A stretch of 64,000 nucleotides of DNA from Alphaproteobacteria bacterium (GTDB taxonomy: Bacteria > Pseudomonadota > Alphaproteobacteria > SP197): NCBI GenBank assembly GCA_964291415.2, contig OZ219917.1, positions 1,088,001 through 1,152,000 of the forward strand, given 5' to 3'. Of this stretch, positions 48,385 to 58,118 are shown piece after piece. Below the pieces are notes generated by a model that saw only the letters and a program-made list of their open reading frames with translations, was not told the origin of the DNA and ran no database searches. Position numbers and translations under genes: made by a program. How positions within the stretch are numbered: the stretch's first letter is position 1; each line of letters starts with the position of its first letter.

Positions 48385-49889
48385 CCGTGATCCTGAGAGG
48401 TGCGCGCATCCTCGATGCCGATAACCGGGATGCGCCGTTTCGTGACATATACGTCGATGACGGCACCGTCCGTGACGTGATGCCGTCAGGAACCGCCGGT
48501 CCCGACGGCGTGCCGGTGAGGGATGTGTCCGGCCATCTGGTCATTCCCGGACTCGTCAACGGTCACACCCACGGTCATGGCAGCCTCGGCAAGGGCCGAG
48601 GTGATCGATGGTCGCTGGAACTGTTGCTCAATGCCGGTGTGTGGATCAGCGGGCAACGCACCGCCGAGGACATGTACCTCGCCACGCTGCTCAATGCCGC
48701 GGAGATGATCCGTCGGGGGTGCACGGCCACCTATGACCTGACACTTGAACTGCCGCACCCCAGTCCTGACGGCATCCGCGAGGTGGCCAGGGCCTACGAG
48801 GATGCCGGCATGCGCGCCGTGGTCGCGCCCATGGTGGCGGACATCGGTTTCCACGACCTTGTGCCGGGTCTTGGCGAGGCTCTCGAGCCCGGGCTGCGGG
48901 ATACCGTGAAAGCCTGGACTCCCGAACCCTGGCAGGTGTCGATCGACGCCTGCCGCGACATCGTCCGGGACTGGTCCCCTGCCGGCGACATGGTGCGCCC
49001 GGGCCTCGCCCCGACGATACCGATGCATTGCACGGATGAGTTTCTCGAGGCCTGCCGTGATCTCGTCAGGGAGTACTCCCTGCCCGTTCACATGCACATG
49101 GCCGAGTCGAAGTTCCAGTCGGTTCTCGGTCATGAGACCTATGGCATGTCGCTCACCCGCCACGTCGACAGGATCGGACTGGTGAACGAGCGGTTCACCG
49201 CGGCACACGGTGTCTGGCTCGATGACGACGAGATGCGTCTCCTCGCCGATCGCGGCGCCTCCGTGGTCCACAACCCGGGCAGCAATCTGCGGCTGGGGTC
49301 GGGTCTTGCCGCGGTGCGCCGCATGCTTCAAGCCGGACTCAACGTTGCCGTGGGTTCGGACGGCTCCAACTCTTCGGACAACCAGAACATGTTCGAGGCG
49401 ATGCGCCTTGCCACCTTCGTGTCACGGGTCATGACACACGATCTCTCCCGATGGGTGTCGGCCGAAGAAGCCTTCCGCATGACCACCCTGGGTGGCGCCC
49501 GCGCCATGGGCCTCGACGGCCGCACAGGACGGATCGCGCCTGGATACCTGGCGGATCTCGCCTTCATCGACCTGGGAGATCTCGCCTGGCTTCCGCTCAA
49601 CGATCCGCTCAACCAGCTGGTCTATGCCGACGACGGCGGATCGGTCGACCACGTGATGATCAACGGACGCATGGTCTACGAGAACCGGCGGTTCACGACC
49701 ATCGACATCGACGCCCTCGCAGCACGGATCAACCGCGCCATGGAACGCCTCAATGCGGCAACGGGCGAACGGCGCAAGGCCGTGAAGGCCCTCGAGCCCG
49801 TCGTGGCCGACCTCTGCGTCTGCTTCATGTCACGGCCGTGGCACGTCCATCGCATGTGCGACGAAGCGGCGGAGAGCGGGGACCGATGA
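48381..49889 (+). CDS. amidohydrolase, AtzA/TrzA/SAH-deaminase-like
   Basis: PGLVNGHTH, HMHMAES, AAHGVWL, HNPGSN, GSDG, TLGGARAMG, ADL. Confidence 0.9.
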   Translation: MTVILRGARILDADNRDAPFRDIYVDDGTVRDVMPSGTAGPDGVPVRDVSGHLVIPGLVNGHTHGHGSLGKGRGDRWSLELLLNAGVWISGQRTAEDMYLATLLNAAEMIRRGCTATYDLTLELPHPSPDGIREVARAYEDAGMRAVVAPMVADIGFHDLVPGLGEALEPGLRDTVKAWTPEPWQVSIDACRDIVRDWSPAGDMVRPGLAPTIPMHCTDEFLEACRDLVREYSLPVHMHMAESKFQSVLGHETYGMSLTRHVDRIGLVNERFTAAHGVWLDDDEMRLLADRGASVVHNPGSNLRLGSGLAAVRRMLQAGLNVAVGSDGSNSSDNQNMFEAMRLATFVSRVMTHDLSRWVSAEEAFRMTTLGGARAMGLDGRTGRIAPGYLADLAFIDLGDLAWLPLNDPLNQLVYADDGGSVDHVMINGRMVYENRRFTTIDIDALAARINRAMERLNAATGERRKAVKALEPVVADLCVCFMSRPWHVHRMCDEAAESGDR

Positions 49890-51229
49890 CGATGGAACTC
49901 GTCATCAGGGGCGATCTCGTGACGCCAGCGGGCGTGGTGGACAGCGGCTGGGCCGGTGTGGTCGACGGTGTCATCGCCGCGACCGGTTCGAACGAGCCCC
50001 CTGCTGCCCGGCAGACGGTCGATCACAGGGGAAAGCTGGTGTTTCCCGGGGTCGTGGACGGTCAGACCCATGCCGGCTCGATCGCCGGGTTCGACGGCCT
50101 CGAGGATCTGACCAGGAGCGCCGCCGCGGGTGGCGTGACGACCATTGTCGACATGCCCTTCGACGAGCCCGATCCGGTGTGGAGCCGCGATCTGCTCGAC
50201 GCCAAGATTGCCACCGCCAACCGTGTGGCCCACGTCGATGTGGCGCTCTACGGATCCGTGAAGAAGGTGGTCGAGACCGACGAGATCGCCCGCCTTGCCG
50301 ACGGCGGCGTGTGCGCATTCAAGATGTCGACCTATGAATCCAATCCTCACCGGTTTCCGCGGATTCCCCATGACCAGATGGCGCGGGCCTTTGCGGCCAT
50401 TGCCGACACCGGCCTCACGGTGGCGGTTCACAACGAAGACCAGGAAGTGGTCGATCACGCCATCGGCGCATTCAGGGACGAAGGGCGCCGGGACGCCGGT
50501 TGCCATCATCCGAGCCGGCCGCCGCTCGCGGAACTCCTCGCCAACGCCGTCATTCTGGAACTCGGGGCCGCGACAGGCGCCCGGGCCCACATCGTCCATT
50601 CCTCGCTGGCCCGCGGATTCGACATGGCGCGCCAGTACCGGGATCAGGGCTACCAGGTGACGGCGGAGACCTGCATCCACTATCTGACGTTCGACGAGGC
50701 GGACGTGCTGGCCATGGGTGCGAGGGGCAAGGTCAACCCGCCCATCAGGCCCGACGAGAAGGAGGCAATCTGGCTGCGCGTGGCAGCGGGAGACGCGGCA
50801 TTCGTCTCCTCCGATCACTGTTCATGGCCTCTCGAACGCAAGTCCGATGACGATATCTTCGCGGCGGCGCCGGGTGCCCCCGGGGTCGAGTGCCTCCTCG
50901 CCGTCATGTTGAGCGAGGCGGAAAAGCGCGGCCATGATCCCGGTCTTGTCGCCTCCATGCTGTGCGAGGGCCCGGCCCGGCACTTCGGCCTGTGGCCGGC
51001 GAAAGGCGCCATCCGTGAAGGGGCCGACGCCGATTTCGCTGTCATCGAGCGCGGTGACTGCCGCCACGACGATGCCTCACTTCACTGCCGGTTGGCACCC
51101 TGGACGCCCTATCACGGCAGGGAGCTTTCGGGACGGGTCTGCGAGACCTGGTTGCGCGGTCACAGGATTTTCGATGGACGGAATGTCCTTTCCCGTCCCG
51201 GGGACGGCAGGTTCGTCAGGCCCGTCTGA
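49886..51229 (+). CDS. allantoinase/hydantoinase-like cyclic amidohydrolase
   Basis: PGVVDGQTH, AAAGGVTTIVDMP, FK (carbamylated Lys position), VHNED, HIVH, KVNPPIR, SSDH, KGAIREGADAD. Confidence 0.88.
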   Translation: MTMELVIRGDLVTPAGVVDSGWAGVVDGVIAATGSNEPPAARQTVDHRGKLVFPGVVDGQTHAGSIAGFDGLEDLTRSAAAGGVTTIVDMPFDEPDPVWSRDLLDAKIATANRVAHVDVALYGSVKKVVETDEIARLADGGVCAFKMSTYESNPHRFPRIPHDQMARAFAAIADTGLTVAVHNEDQEVVDHAIGAFRDEGRRDAGCHHPSRPPLAELLANAVILELGAATGARAHIVHSSLARGFDMARQYRDQGYQVTAETCIHYLTFDEADVLAMGARGKVNPPIRPDEKEAIWLRVAAGDAAFVSSDHCSWPLERKSDDDIFAAAPGAPGVECLLAVMLSEAEKRGHDPGLVASMLCEGPARHFGLWPAKGAIREGADADFAVIERGDCRHDDASLHCRLAPWTPYHGRELSGRVCETWLRGHRIFDGRNVLSRPGDGRFVRPV

Positions 51230-51232
51230 GCC

Positions 51233-51913
51233 ATGGCACGGCGCATTCTCGTCATCAATCCCAACAGCAGCCGCGACGTCACCGCGGCGATGTCACAGGC
51301 TCTCGAGATCTTCCGTTTCGCCGGTGGGCCCGTCATCGACTGCATCACCCTCGACGACGGCCCGCCCGGTGTCGAGACCGACCGCCACATCGCCGAGGTC
51401 TCGGGACTCGTCGTCCGCGCGATCGAAGAGGAAGAGGCTGACGCCTATGTCATTGCCTGCTTCAGCGATCCGGGCCTCCACGCCGCCCGGGAGGTGCGCA
51501 GCCGGCCGGTCTTCGGCATCGGTGGCTCGGCCTACGCGGCGGCCATGGCAACAGGTGAGCGCTTCGGCATCATCTCGATCCTGCCGGTGGCTCTTCCCCG
51601 GCACCGGCGCCATGTCGCTTCCCTGGGGCTTTCCGATCATCTGGCCGGTGACATGGCCATCGACCTTGCCGTGACGGAGCTCTCGGCAGAGGACCTGGTT
51701 CTCGAACGCATGACCCGGGCCGGCATGTCACTGAGGGACGATCACGGCGCCGGCGTGATCATCATGGGCTGTGCCGGCATGGCACGCTACCACGCCCGCC
51801 TCGAGGCAAGGCTTGAGCTGCCGGTCATCGAGCCAACGCGGGCGGCAACGGCGCTGGCGCTCAATGCCCTGGCAACATCCCAGACCCGGCAGGAAGGAGG
51901 ATCTCCCCCTTGA
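51233..51913 (+). CDS. hydantoin racemase (Asp/Glu/hydantoin racemase family)
   Basis: ILVINPNSS, IACFSDPGL, IMGCAGM two-Cys motifs. Confidence 0.9.
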   Translation: MARRILVINPNSSRDVTAAMSQALEIFRFAGGPVIDCITLDDGPPGVETDRHIAEVSGLVVRAIEEEEADAYVIACFSDPGLHAAREVRSRPVFGIGGSAYAAAMATGERFGIISILPVALPRHRRHVASLGLSDHLAGDMAIDLAVTELSAEDLVLERMTRAGMSLRDDHGAGVIIMGCAGMARYHARLEARLELPVIEPTRAATALALNALATSQTRQEGGSPP

Positions 51914-52842
51914 GCAGGCGAATCATGACAGTGGGCGGCGCCCAGATGGGACCGGTTCCGCGCTCGGATCCGCGGTCGAGGACCGTGGCCCGCATGGTGG
52001 ATCTCATGCGTCAGGCCCATGCGAGAGGGTGCCGGCTGGTGGTCTTTCCGGAACTGGCGCTGACGACGTTCTTTCCGCGCTGGCTGATCGAGGACGAGGA
52101 GGAACTGGCGGGCTTCTACGAGACGTCCATGCCGGGGCCCGAGACCCTGCCGCTCTTCGAGACGGCGCGCGAACTCGGTATCGGCTTTCACCTGGGCTAT
52201 GCCGAAATCGCCGAGGATGGCCGGTTCAACACGGCGATCCTGGTGAACCCGGACGGCAGGATTGTCGCCAGGTACCGCAAGATCCACCTTCCAGGCCATG
52301 CGGAGAACGATCCCGATCGCCAGTTCCAGCATCTCGAGAAGCGCTACTTTGACGTCGGCAACCTCGGGTTCAGGGTATGGGACACCATGGGCGGGCGGAT
52401 CGGCATGCTGATCTGCAACGACCGGCGCTGGCCCGAGGCCTTCCGCGTCCTGGGCCTTCAGGGAGTCGAGCTGGTCCTCATCGGCTACAACACGCCGACA
52501 CTCAATGGCCAGGCCTTCGAGCCGCCGCACCTGCGCATCCATCACAATCTGCTGACCATGCAGGCCGGCGCCTACCAGAACGGAACATGGGTGGTCGGCG
52601 TGGCGAAGGCAGGCCTCGAGGATGGAGTCCACATGATGGGTTCCAGCGCCATCGTCACCCCCAATGGTGAAATCGCGGCGCAGGCCAGCAGTCTCGATGA
52701 CGAATTGATCGTGGCCGACTGTGACCTCGATGCGGGCGCATACATCAAGGCCAATGTCTTCAACTTTGCCGCCCACCGGCGCACCGAGCACTATCGCCTG
52801 ATTGTCGAGACCACAGGTGTGGTGCCGCCTCTGGGCACATGA
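51910..52842 (+). CDS. N-carbamoyl-D-amino-acid amidohydrolase (D-carbamoylase, nitrilase superfamily)
   Basis: VFPELALTTFFPRW, YRKIHLPGH, QHLEKRYF, ICNDRRWPE (Glu-Lys-Cys triad), GYNTP. Confidence 0.93.
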   Translation: MSRRIMTVGGAQMGPVPRSDPRSRTVARMVDLMRQAHARGCRLVVFPELALTTFFPRWLIEDEEELAGFYETSMPGPETLPLFETARELGIGFHLGYAEIAEDGRFNTAILVNPDGRIVARYRKIHLPGHAENDPDRQFQHLEKRYFDVGNLGFRVWDTMGGRIGMLICNDRRWPEAFRVLGLQGVELVLIGYNTPTLNGQAFEPPHLRIHHNLLTMQAGAYQNGTWVVGVAKAGLEDGVHMMGSSAIVTPNGEIAAQASSLDDELIVADCDLDAGAYIKANVFNFAAHRRTEHYRLIVETTGVVPPLGT

Positions 52843-53693
52843 GGGCAGCCGTTCTCGCTTTCCCGGTCGTCCTTTCTCTTCTTGCCTGCGGAGCCGCGGC
52901 GGCCGGCGAGTCGGCCACGAAGGCCGCGGCCGATTCGCTGGCACGTCTCCATGGCTGGGCCGGTTCCTGGCTGGAAGCGGGCCGATTCAGCCTCCTGACG
53001 TACAGACCCTTCGTGTGGCGCGGCACGGGTGATCTGACGGTCTACATCGAGGGAGACGGCCGGTCCTGGATCTCGCGCACGGAACTGGCAGCCGATCCCA
53101 CGCCCCGCACCGGGCGTGTTCTCAAACTGGCGGTGAGGGATCCCGGCGATGCGGCCTATCTGGCGCGGCCCTGCCACTACCTCGACGCCGCACAAATCGC
53201 GGGTTGCCATCAACGCTACTGGTCCCTGGCGCGCTACGGGGAGGATGTCGTCGAAGCCATCGATGCTGCCCTCGATACCCTCAAGCGCCGGGCCGGCGCC
53301 GACAGGCTTCGCCTGGTCGGGTACTCGGGAGGCGCCCAGCTGGCCATTCTTGTCGCGGCCCGACGAAACGACGTCACCGGCATCATCACCATTGGCGGCA
53401 ATCTCGATCACAGGCGATGGACGGTCTCGCAGGGCGTGTCCGCACTCACCGGTTCCCTCAACGCGGCCGACGTGGCGGACGTGGTCCGGGACATTCCCCA
53501 GGTTCACTTTCTCGGAGAGCTCGACACGACCGTGGGGCGGGAGGTCATCGACAGCTACCTTGCCCGCATGCCGGTGATGTCGCAAAGCCGGGTTATCGTC
53601 GTGCCCGGCTACGATCACGGGTGCTGCTGGGCCGACAACTGGCCGGGCCTCCTTGCCGTCGCCACGAAGCTGCTGGGCGCCCCGGGGAAATGA
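52839..53693 (+). CDS. exported alpha/beta hydrolase (putative lipoprotein)
   Basis: LLAC lipobox-like signal, VYIEGDG, YLARPC, LVGYSGGA nucleophile elbow, D and H near the C-terminus. Confidence 0.8.
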   Translation: MRAAVLAFPVVLSLLACGAAAAGESATKAAADSLARLHGWAGSWLEAGRFSLLTYRPFVWRGTGDLTVYIEGDGRSWISRTELAADPTPRTGRVLKLAVRDPGDAAYLARPCHYLDAAQIAGCHQRYWSLARYGEDVVEAIDAALDTLKRRAGADRLRLVGYSGGAQLAILVAARRNDVTGIITIGGNLDHRRWTVSQGVSALTGSLNAADVADVVRDIPQVHFLGELDTTVGREVIDSYLARMPVMSQSRVIVVPGYDHGCCWADNWPGLLAVATKLLGAPGK

Positions 53694-53713
53694 CGCGTCT
53701 CCGGAACTCCGCT

Positions 53714-54493
53714 TCAGTTCGGCCGGGGTTCCCGGATGAAGACGAAGGTCGACGCAGTCGATGAACCGGGATCGAAGCGGTAGCCGTCGGCATCGAAGGA
53801 CTTGAGATCCTCGATGCTGTCGATCCGGTTGCGGATGACGTGGCGCGCTATCATGCCTCGCGCCACCTTGGCGGTGAATCCCAGGGTCCGCGCCACGCCC
53901 TTTCTCATCTCCTTGAACACCGGCGTGATGACGGGAGCCTTCAACCGGTCCGCAGGGATGGCGCCGAAGTACTCCTTCGACGCCGCATTGAGGACAACGG
54001 GCGACTCCATGTGCTTGAGATCCCGATTGAGGGCGCGGGCAATCCTGTCGCCCCAGAAATCGTAGAGACTGTGACCCCGGGGCGTGTTGAGCCGTGTTCC
54101 CATTTCCAGGCGATAGGGCTGGATGAGATCCAGCGGCCGCAGCAAGCCGTAGAGGCCGGAAATGATGCGCAGATGCGTCTGCGCGTGGTCGAGATCGTCG
54201 GCTGACAGGCTGGTGGCGTCGAGTCCGCGGTAGGTGTCGCCGGCGAAGGCGAGGACAGCCTGTTTCGCATTATCCGGCGTGTGTTCGAGGCGGAACGCGC
54301 GAAAGCGGTCACGGTTGAGATCGGCGAGTTTCTCCGAGAGTCCCATGAGGCCCGCAAGATCGACGGCACTGAGTGTGCGCGCGGTCTTCATCAGTTCGCG
54401 GGTCTGGGCCATCAGCAGCGGCCTGGTCCAGGCGATCCCGGGATCAGGGTCTTCGAAGTTGAGGGCCTTGGCAGGCGACACGACGACGAGCAT
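53714..54493 (-). CDS. yaaA: peroxide stress protein YaaA
   Basis: MLVVVSPAK, AFAGDTYRGL, ISGLYGLLRPLD.IQPYRLEMG, NAASKEY, AKVARG. Confidence 0.95.
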   Translation of the reverse strand: MLVVVSPAKALNFEDPDPGIAWTRPLLMAQTRELMKTARTLSAVDLAGLMGLSEKLADLNRDRFRAFRLEHTPDNAKQAVLAFAGDTYRGLDATSLSADDLDHAQTHLRIISGLYGLLRPLDLIQPYRLEMGTRLNTPRGHSLYDFWGDRIARALNRDLKHMESPVVLNAASKEYFGAIPADRLKAPVITPVFKEMRKGVARTLGFTAKVARGMIARHVIRNRIDSIEDLKSFDADGYRFDPGSSTASTFVFIREPRPN

Positions 54494-54556
54494 CTTCTTC
54501 CTCCCTTGAACCTTGTCCTTGTTTAGTCCGGCTCGAGGCTGGCGGCAAATGCCGCT

Positions 54557-55339
54557 TCAGCGACCCTTCCACACGGGCGGACGCTTTTCGATGAAGGCAC
54601 GGGCTCCTTCCTTGGCATCCTCTGATTCCAGAACCCGGGAAATCATGGTGAAACGGCCCTCAGAGTCGAGTCGCGCCGCTTCCCGGGGCGGCAGATCGCC
54701 GGCCATGTTGACCATCTGCTTTTCCGCGCGCACCGACAGCGGAGCAGCGGCGGCGATGTCCCGGGCGATGTCCCTGGCCGCATCCATGACCTCGCCCTCC
54801 GGGGTCAGCCGGCTCACCAGGCGCAGGTCGAAGGCTTCCTGGGCGTCCATCCGCCGGCCGGTGTAGAGCATCTCGAGGGCGACGCTGCGCGGCAGCCTGG
54901 AGAGCAGGCGCGGCACACTCGCCGCGCCGGTGGTCAGCCCGACATTGACCTCCGAGAGGAAGAAGACGGCATTCCGGGACGCCACGAGAATGTCACCGGC
55001 CAGGGCAAGTTCGAATCCGCCGGCCACGCAGTAGCCGTTGACGGCCATGATGACGGGCTTCTCGAGATCGAAATTGCGTGACAGCCCTCCGAAACCCCAG
55101 CGCCCGTAACTCCGGTCGGGCTCGTCCTCGGCGCCCTCGTTGAGGTCCCAGCCGGTGCAGAAGAACCGGTCACCCGCACCGGTCAGGATGGCGACGCGCA
55201 GGCCCGGGTCCTCGTGGAACCGCTCGAAGGCATCGTTCATGTCGCGGCTGGTCGCCGCCCCGATGGCGTTGGCCTTCGGGTTGTCGAGGGTGATCTCCAG
55301 GATGTGACCGTCGGTCCGCGTGCGAACGCTCCTTGTCAT
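54557..55339 (-). CDS. enoyl-CoA hydratase, carnitinyl-CoA dehydratase (CaiD)-like
   Basis: EITLDNPKANAI, TGAGDRFFCTGWDL, KPVIMAVNG..VAGGFE, EDAKEGARAFIEKRPPVWKG. Confidence 0.88.
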   Translation of the reverse strand: MTRSVRTRTDGHILEITLDNPKANAIGAATSRDMNDAFERFHEDPGLRVAILTGAGDRFFCTGWDLNEGAEDEPDRSYGRWGFGGLSRNFDLEKPVIMAVNGYCVAGGFELALAGDILVASRNAVFFLSEVNVGLTTGAASVPRLLSRLPRSVALEMLYTGRRMDAQEAFDLRLVSRLTPEGEVMDAARDIARDIAAAAPLSVRAEKQMVNMAGDLPPREAARLDSEGRFTMISRVLESEDAKEGARAFIEKRPPVWKGR

Positions 55340-56313
55340 GATGCCCTCCCATCTTGCCGGTCCGCAGAACCTAGTCCTTTGGCGGAGTTGACGACAGGCC
55401 CTCGTTTCTGGACCTGGGCCTCGCGCCACAACACGTAGAGGCCGCTCATGACCAGGACGGCGGCGCCGATGACCACGGTCCAGTCGGGCAGATCGCCCCA
55501 GATGAGATAGCCGAACACGACGGCCCAGATCATGGCCGTGTAGTCGAAGGGCGCCAGGACCTGGGGTGGAGCCAGGGCACAGGCCCGGACCGCTGTAAGC
55601 TGGGCGATCATGACCGTGACCCCGCACGCGACCATCAGGAAAAGGGCCTCGCCCGAGGGCACGATCCACTCGAATGGAGCGAACACGGGCATGGAAAGCA
55701 CATAGATGCCGTTCAGCAGGAAGACCGTGGTGGTCGCATCTTCGGTCCGGCTCACGATCCTCGTGACGATGATGGCAAGGGCATAGGCGAGGGCCGAGCA
55801 GAGCGCCCACAGCGCCGCGATCTGGAAAATGCCCGTGGACGGATTGACGATGACGAGGACTCCGCACAGTCCGATGCCGACCGCGGCCCAGCGGCGCGGG
55901 CCGACCCGCTCTCCGAGGAGCGGCACGCTGAGTGCCGTCATCAGCAGGGGCGAGGCAAAGGCGACCGCCGTGGCGTCGGGAAGCGAGATGTGGCGTACCG
56001 CCTCGATGAAGCAGCTGAGCGCGGCGAAGAAGCAGAGGAATCTCAGGACATGCATGCGCCAGCGCCGGGTCCTGAACGGAGTGCCGAGGCCCGGACCGCG
56101 CAACAGCAGGAGCGTGGTGCCGGCCACCACGACCACCGAGCGCATGAACAGGATCTGCGAGAAATGGTAGTCCGTGGAGAGCCACTTCAGGGCAGCCATC
56201 TGCCCCATGAAGAGGATGGTGGCGAACAGCCACAGACCGATCGCGGTGACGGGCGCGTTCCGGTAACCGCCGCCCGGGTCTGTCGTTCCGTCGCCGGGGG
56301 AACGGTGCCTCAT
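55336..56313 (-). CDS. DMT/EamA family transporter
   Basis: QILFMRS, ATAVAFASPL, LGERVGPRRWAAV, LAPFDYT, WGDLPD; start uncertain (56313 or 56331). Confidence 0.88.
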   Translation of the reverse strand: MRHRSPGDGTTDPGGGYRNAPVTAIGLWLFATILFMGQMAALKWLSTDYHFSQILFMRSVVVVAGTTLLLLRGPGLGTPFRTRRWRMHVLRFLCFFAALSCFIEAVRHISLPDATAVAFASPLLMTALSVPLLGERVGPRRWAAVGIGLCGVLVIVNPSTGIFQIAALWALCSALAYALAIIVTRIVSRTEDATTTVFLLNGIYVLSMPVFAPFEWIVPSGEALFLMVACGVTVMIAQLTAVRACALAPPQVLAPFDYTAMIWAVVFGYLIWGDLPDWTVVIGAAVLVMSGLYVLWREAQVQKRGPVVNSAKGLGSADRQDGRAS

Positions 56314-56408
56314 GTGTCTGGATGACCCCATGGCCCGAGGTTGAGAATACGGATGTTGTCATGCCGCCGGCAAGCGTTGCCGGAATCGCGCGGAATCCCG
56401 TGATTCAG

Positions 56409-58118
56409 TCAGGCGAGCGGACCTTCTCCGAAGGCAGTGATGGGCGGGAAGGCCTCGGGTTCGGTGAGAACATCGATCACTGTGGTCACCCGGTCTGTCA
56501 GGGCGAAGGCTTCGGCCAGGGCCGGTGCGTAGTCCGCAGGGTCGGTGATGCGCACGCCCCGGCAACCGGTGGCGTCGGCAATGGCCGCGTGATCGACGCT
56601 GGTGAAGGCGACGGCGTCGGTGTGGGCGTTGTAGCGATGAAGCTCGGCGTGCTTCTGGTAGCCGAGGGTTTCGTTGTTGAGCACGGTGACGACGACATGG
56701 GCGCCAAGCCGTCTCGCCGTTTCGAGTTCGGCCCAGACGTGGGCGAAACCGCCGTCGCCAACGAGGGCGAACACCGGTGCCGAGGGCCTGGCCAGCCTGG
56801 CGCCGATCGCCATGGGCAGGCCCCAGCCCAGCCCGGCCATGCCCCGCGGCGTGAGGAAGCGCTGGCCGGGCCGCCGGCTGGCAAGGTTGTTGCACAGCCA
56901 GATCGAGGCGTAGCTCGCATCCGCCACCAGGATGTGGTCCTCCGACAACTGCCGGTCGAGTTCGGCCATCAGGCGTTCGGGCCTCACTGGCCGTGCCGCC
57001 GAGGCGGCAAGAGGAGTGGTCTCCTCGCGATGACTGTGTCGCGCTTCGGCGATTCGGGCTTCAAGGGCAGGCCGGCAGCGGGCCCTCGGGGCGAGATCGC
57101 CGGCGAGCAGGTCAGCTGAGAGGGCGGCGAGCGTCTCGCGGGCATCGCCGACGAGACGCACCGCCTCATAGGTGCGGCCGATTTCCTGGGGATCGATGTC
57201 GATGTGAATGAGCGTCGTGTCCGGCGACAGCAGCTGCCAGGAATCCGTGCCGTTCTGGTTGGTGCGGTTGCCGACGGCCACGACGACATCCGCCTCGCTG
57301 ATCAGCGGGGCGAGCCGATGTGTGGCGGAACCCTTGCCCATGTAGTACCCGACCACACCGATCGTGAGGGGGTGCGCGTCATCCACCGCCCCCTTTCCCA
57401 TGGTCGTGGTGGCCACCGGAAGATGGGCCTTCTCCTGAAGCGTGGCGAGGATGTCGGCGGCGCCGGAAAGATGCACGCCGCCCCCGGCCCAGACGACCGG
57501 CCTCTCGGCGCCGGCGATCAGACGCGCCGCCCGGGCGATTGCGTCCCGGTTGGCGACGGGCCTGTCGAGGGGTACCTGGCCCAGAGATTGCCGGCGACCG
57601 GAACTTGCCGCCTTGGGCGCTTCCATGACATTGACCGGCGCCAGGAGAACGGCCGGGCCGGGACGTCCGCCGGCAGCCTGCCGGAAGGCCATGTCGACGT
57701 AGTCGTCGATGCGCCGGGTGTCCTCGATCCTGCGCACCCACTTGGCGCAGCCCTTGAACAGTTCGGGATGATCGAGTTCCTGGAAGGCATTGCGGTCCCG
57801 CCACAAGGGGGGAGTGTCCTGGACCAGGGCCACCACCGGAGAGGATGCCGTCAATGCCTCGGCCAGCCCGGCCACCAGCAGTGTCGCCGCCGGTCCGTTC
57901 TGAGCGGCGACGACACCGACCTTGCGGGAAATCCGGGCGTAGGCATCGGCCATCACGGCACCGGCGTTCTCGGTGCGATAGGTCATCTGGCGGATGCCGA
58001 ACTCCGGGGTCGCCAGGAAGAATGCCGAGGGAATCGACTGGCCGAAGATGGTGTCGACCCCGTGGCGGGCGAAGGCGGCGGCGAAGACCCTGGAAGCGGA
58101 GAGATTGCTGTCGGTCAT
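56409..58118 (-). CDS. thiamine-diphosphate enzyme, acetolactate synthase large-subunit family
   Basis: YRTENAGAVMADAYAR, QNGPAAT, FQELD, PRGMAGLGWGLP, GDGG...NN TPP motif. Confidence 0.92.
   Translation of the reverse strand: MTDSNLSASRVFAAAFARHGVDTIFGQSIPSAFFLATPEFGIRQMTYRTENAGAVMADAYARISRKVGVVAAQNGPAATLLVAGLAEALTASSPVVALVQDTPPLWRDRNAFQELDHPELFKGCAKWVRRIEDTRRIDDYVDMAFRQAAGGRPGPAVLLAPVNVMEAPKAASSGRRQSLGQVPLDRPVANRDAIARAARLIAGAERPVVWAGGGVHLSGAADILATLQEKAHLPVATTTMGKGAVDDAHPLTIGVVGYYMGKGSATHRLAPLISEADVVVAVGNRTNQNGTDSWQLLSPDTTLIHIDIDPQEIGRTYEAVRLVGDARETLAALSADLLAGDLAPRARCRPALEARIAEARHSHREETTPLAASAARPVRPERLMAELDRQLSEDHILVADASYASIWLCNNLASRRPGQRFLTPRGMAGLGWGLPMAIGARLARPSAPVFALVGDGGFAHVWAELETARRLGAHVVVTVLNNETLGYQKHAELHRYNAHTDAVAFTSVDHAAIADATGCRGVRITDPADYAPALAEAFALTDRVTTVIDVLTEPEAFPPITAFGEGPLA

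Noticed and set aside
55340-56362. 601-aa ORF implying an extended enoyl-CoA hydratase
   Set aside because: The extension is an alternative frame of the DMT gene; the hydratase starts at 55339.
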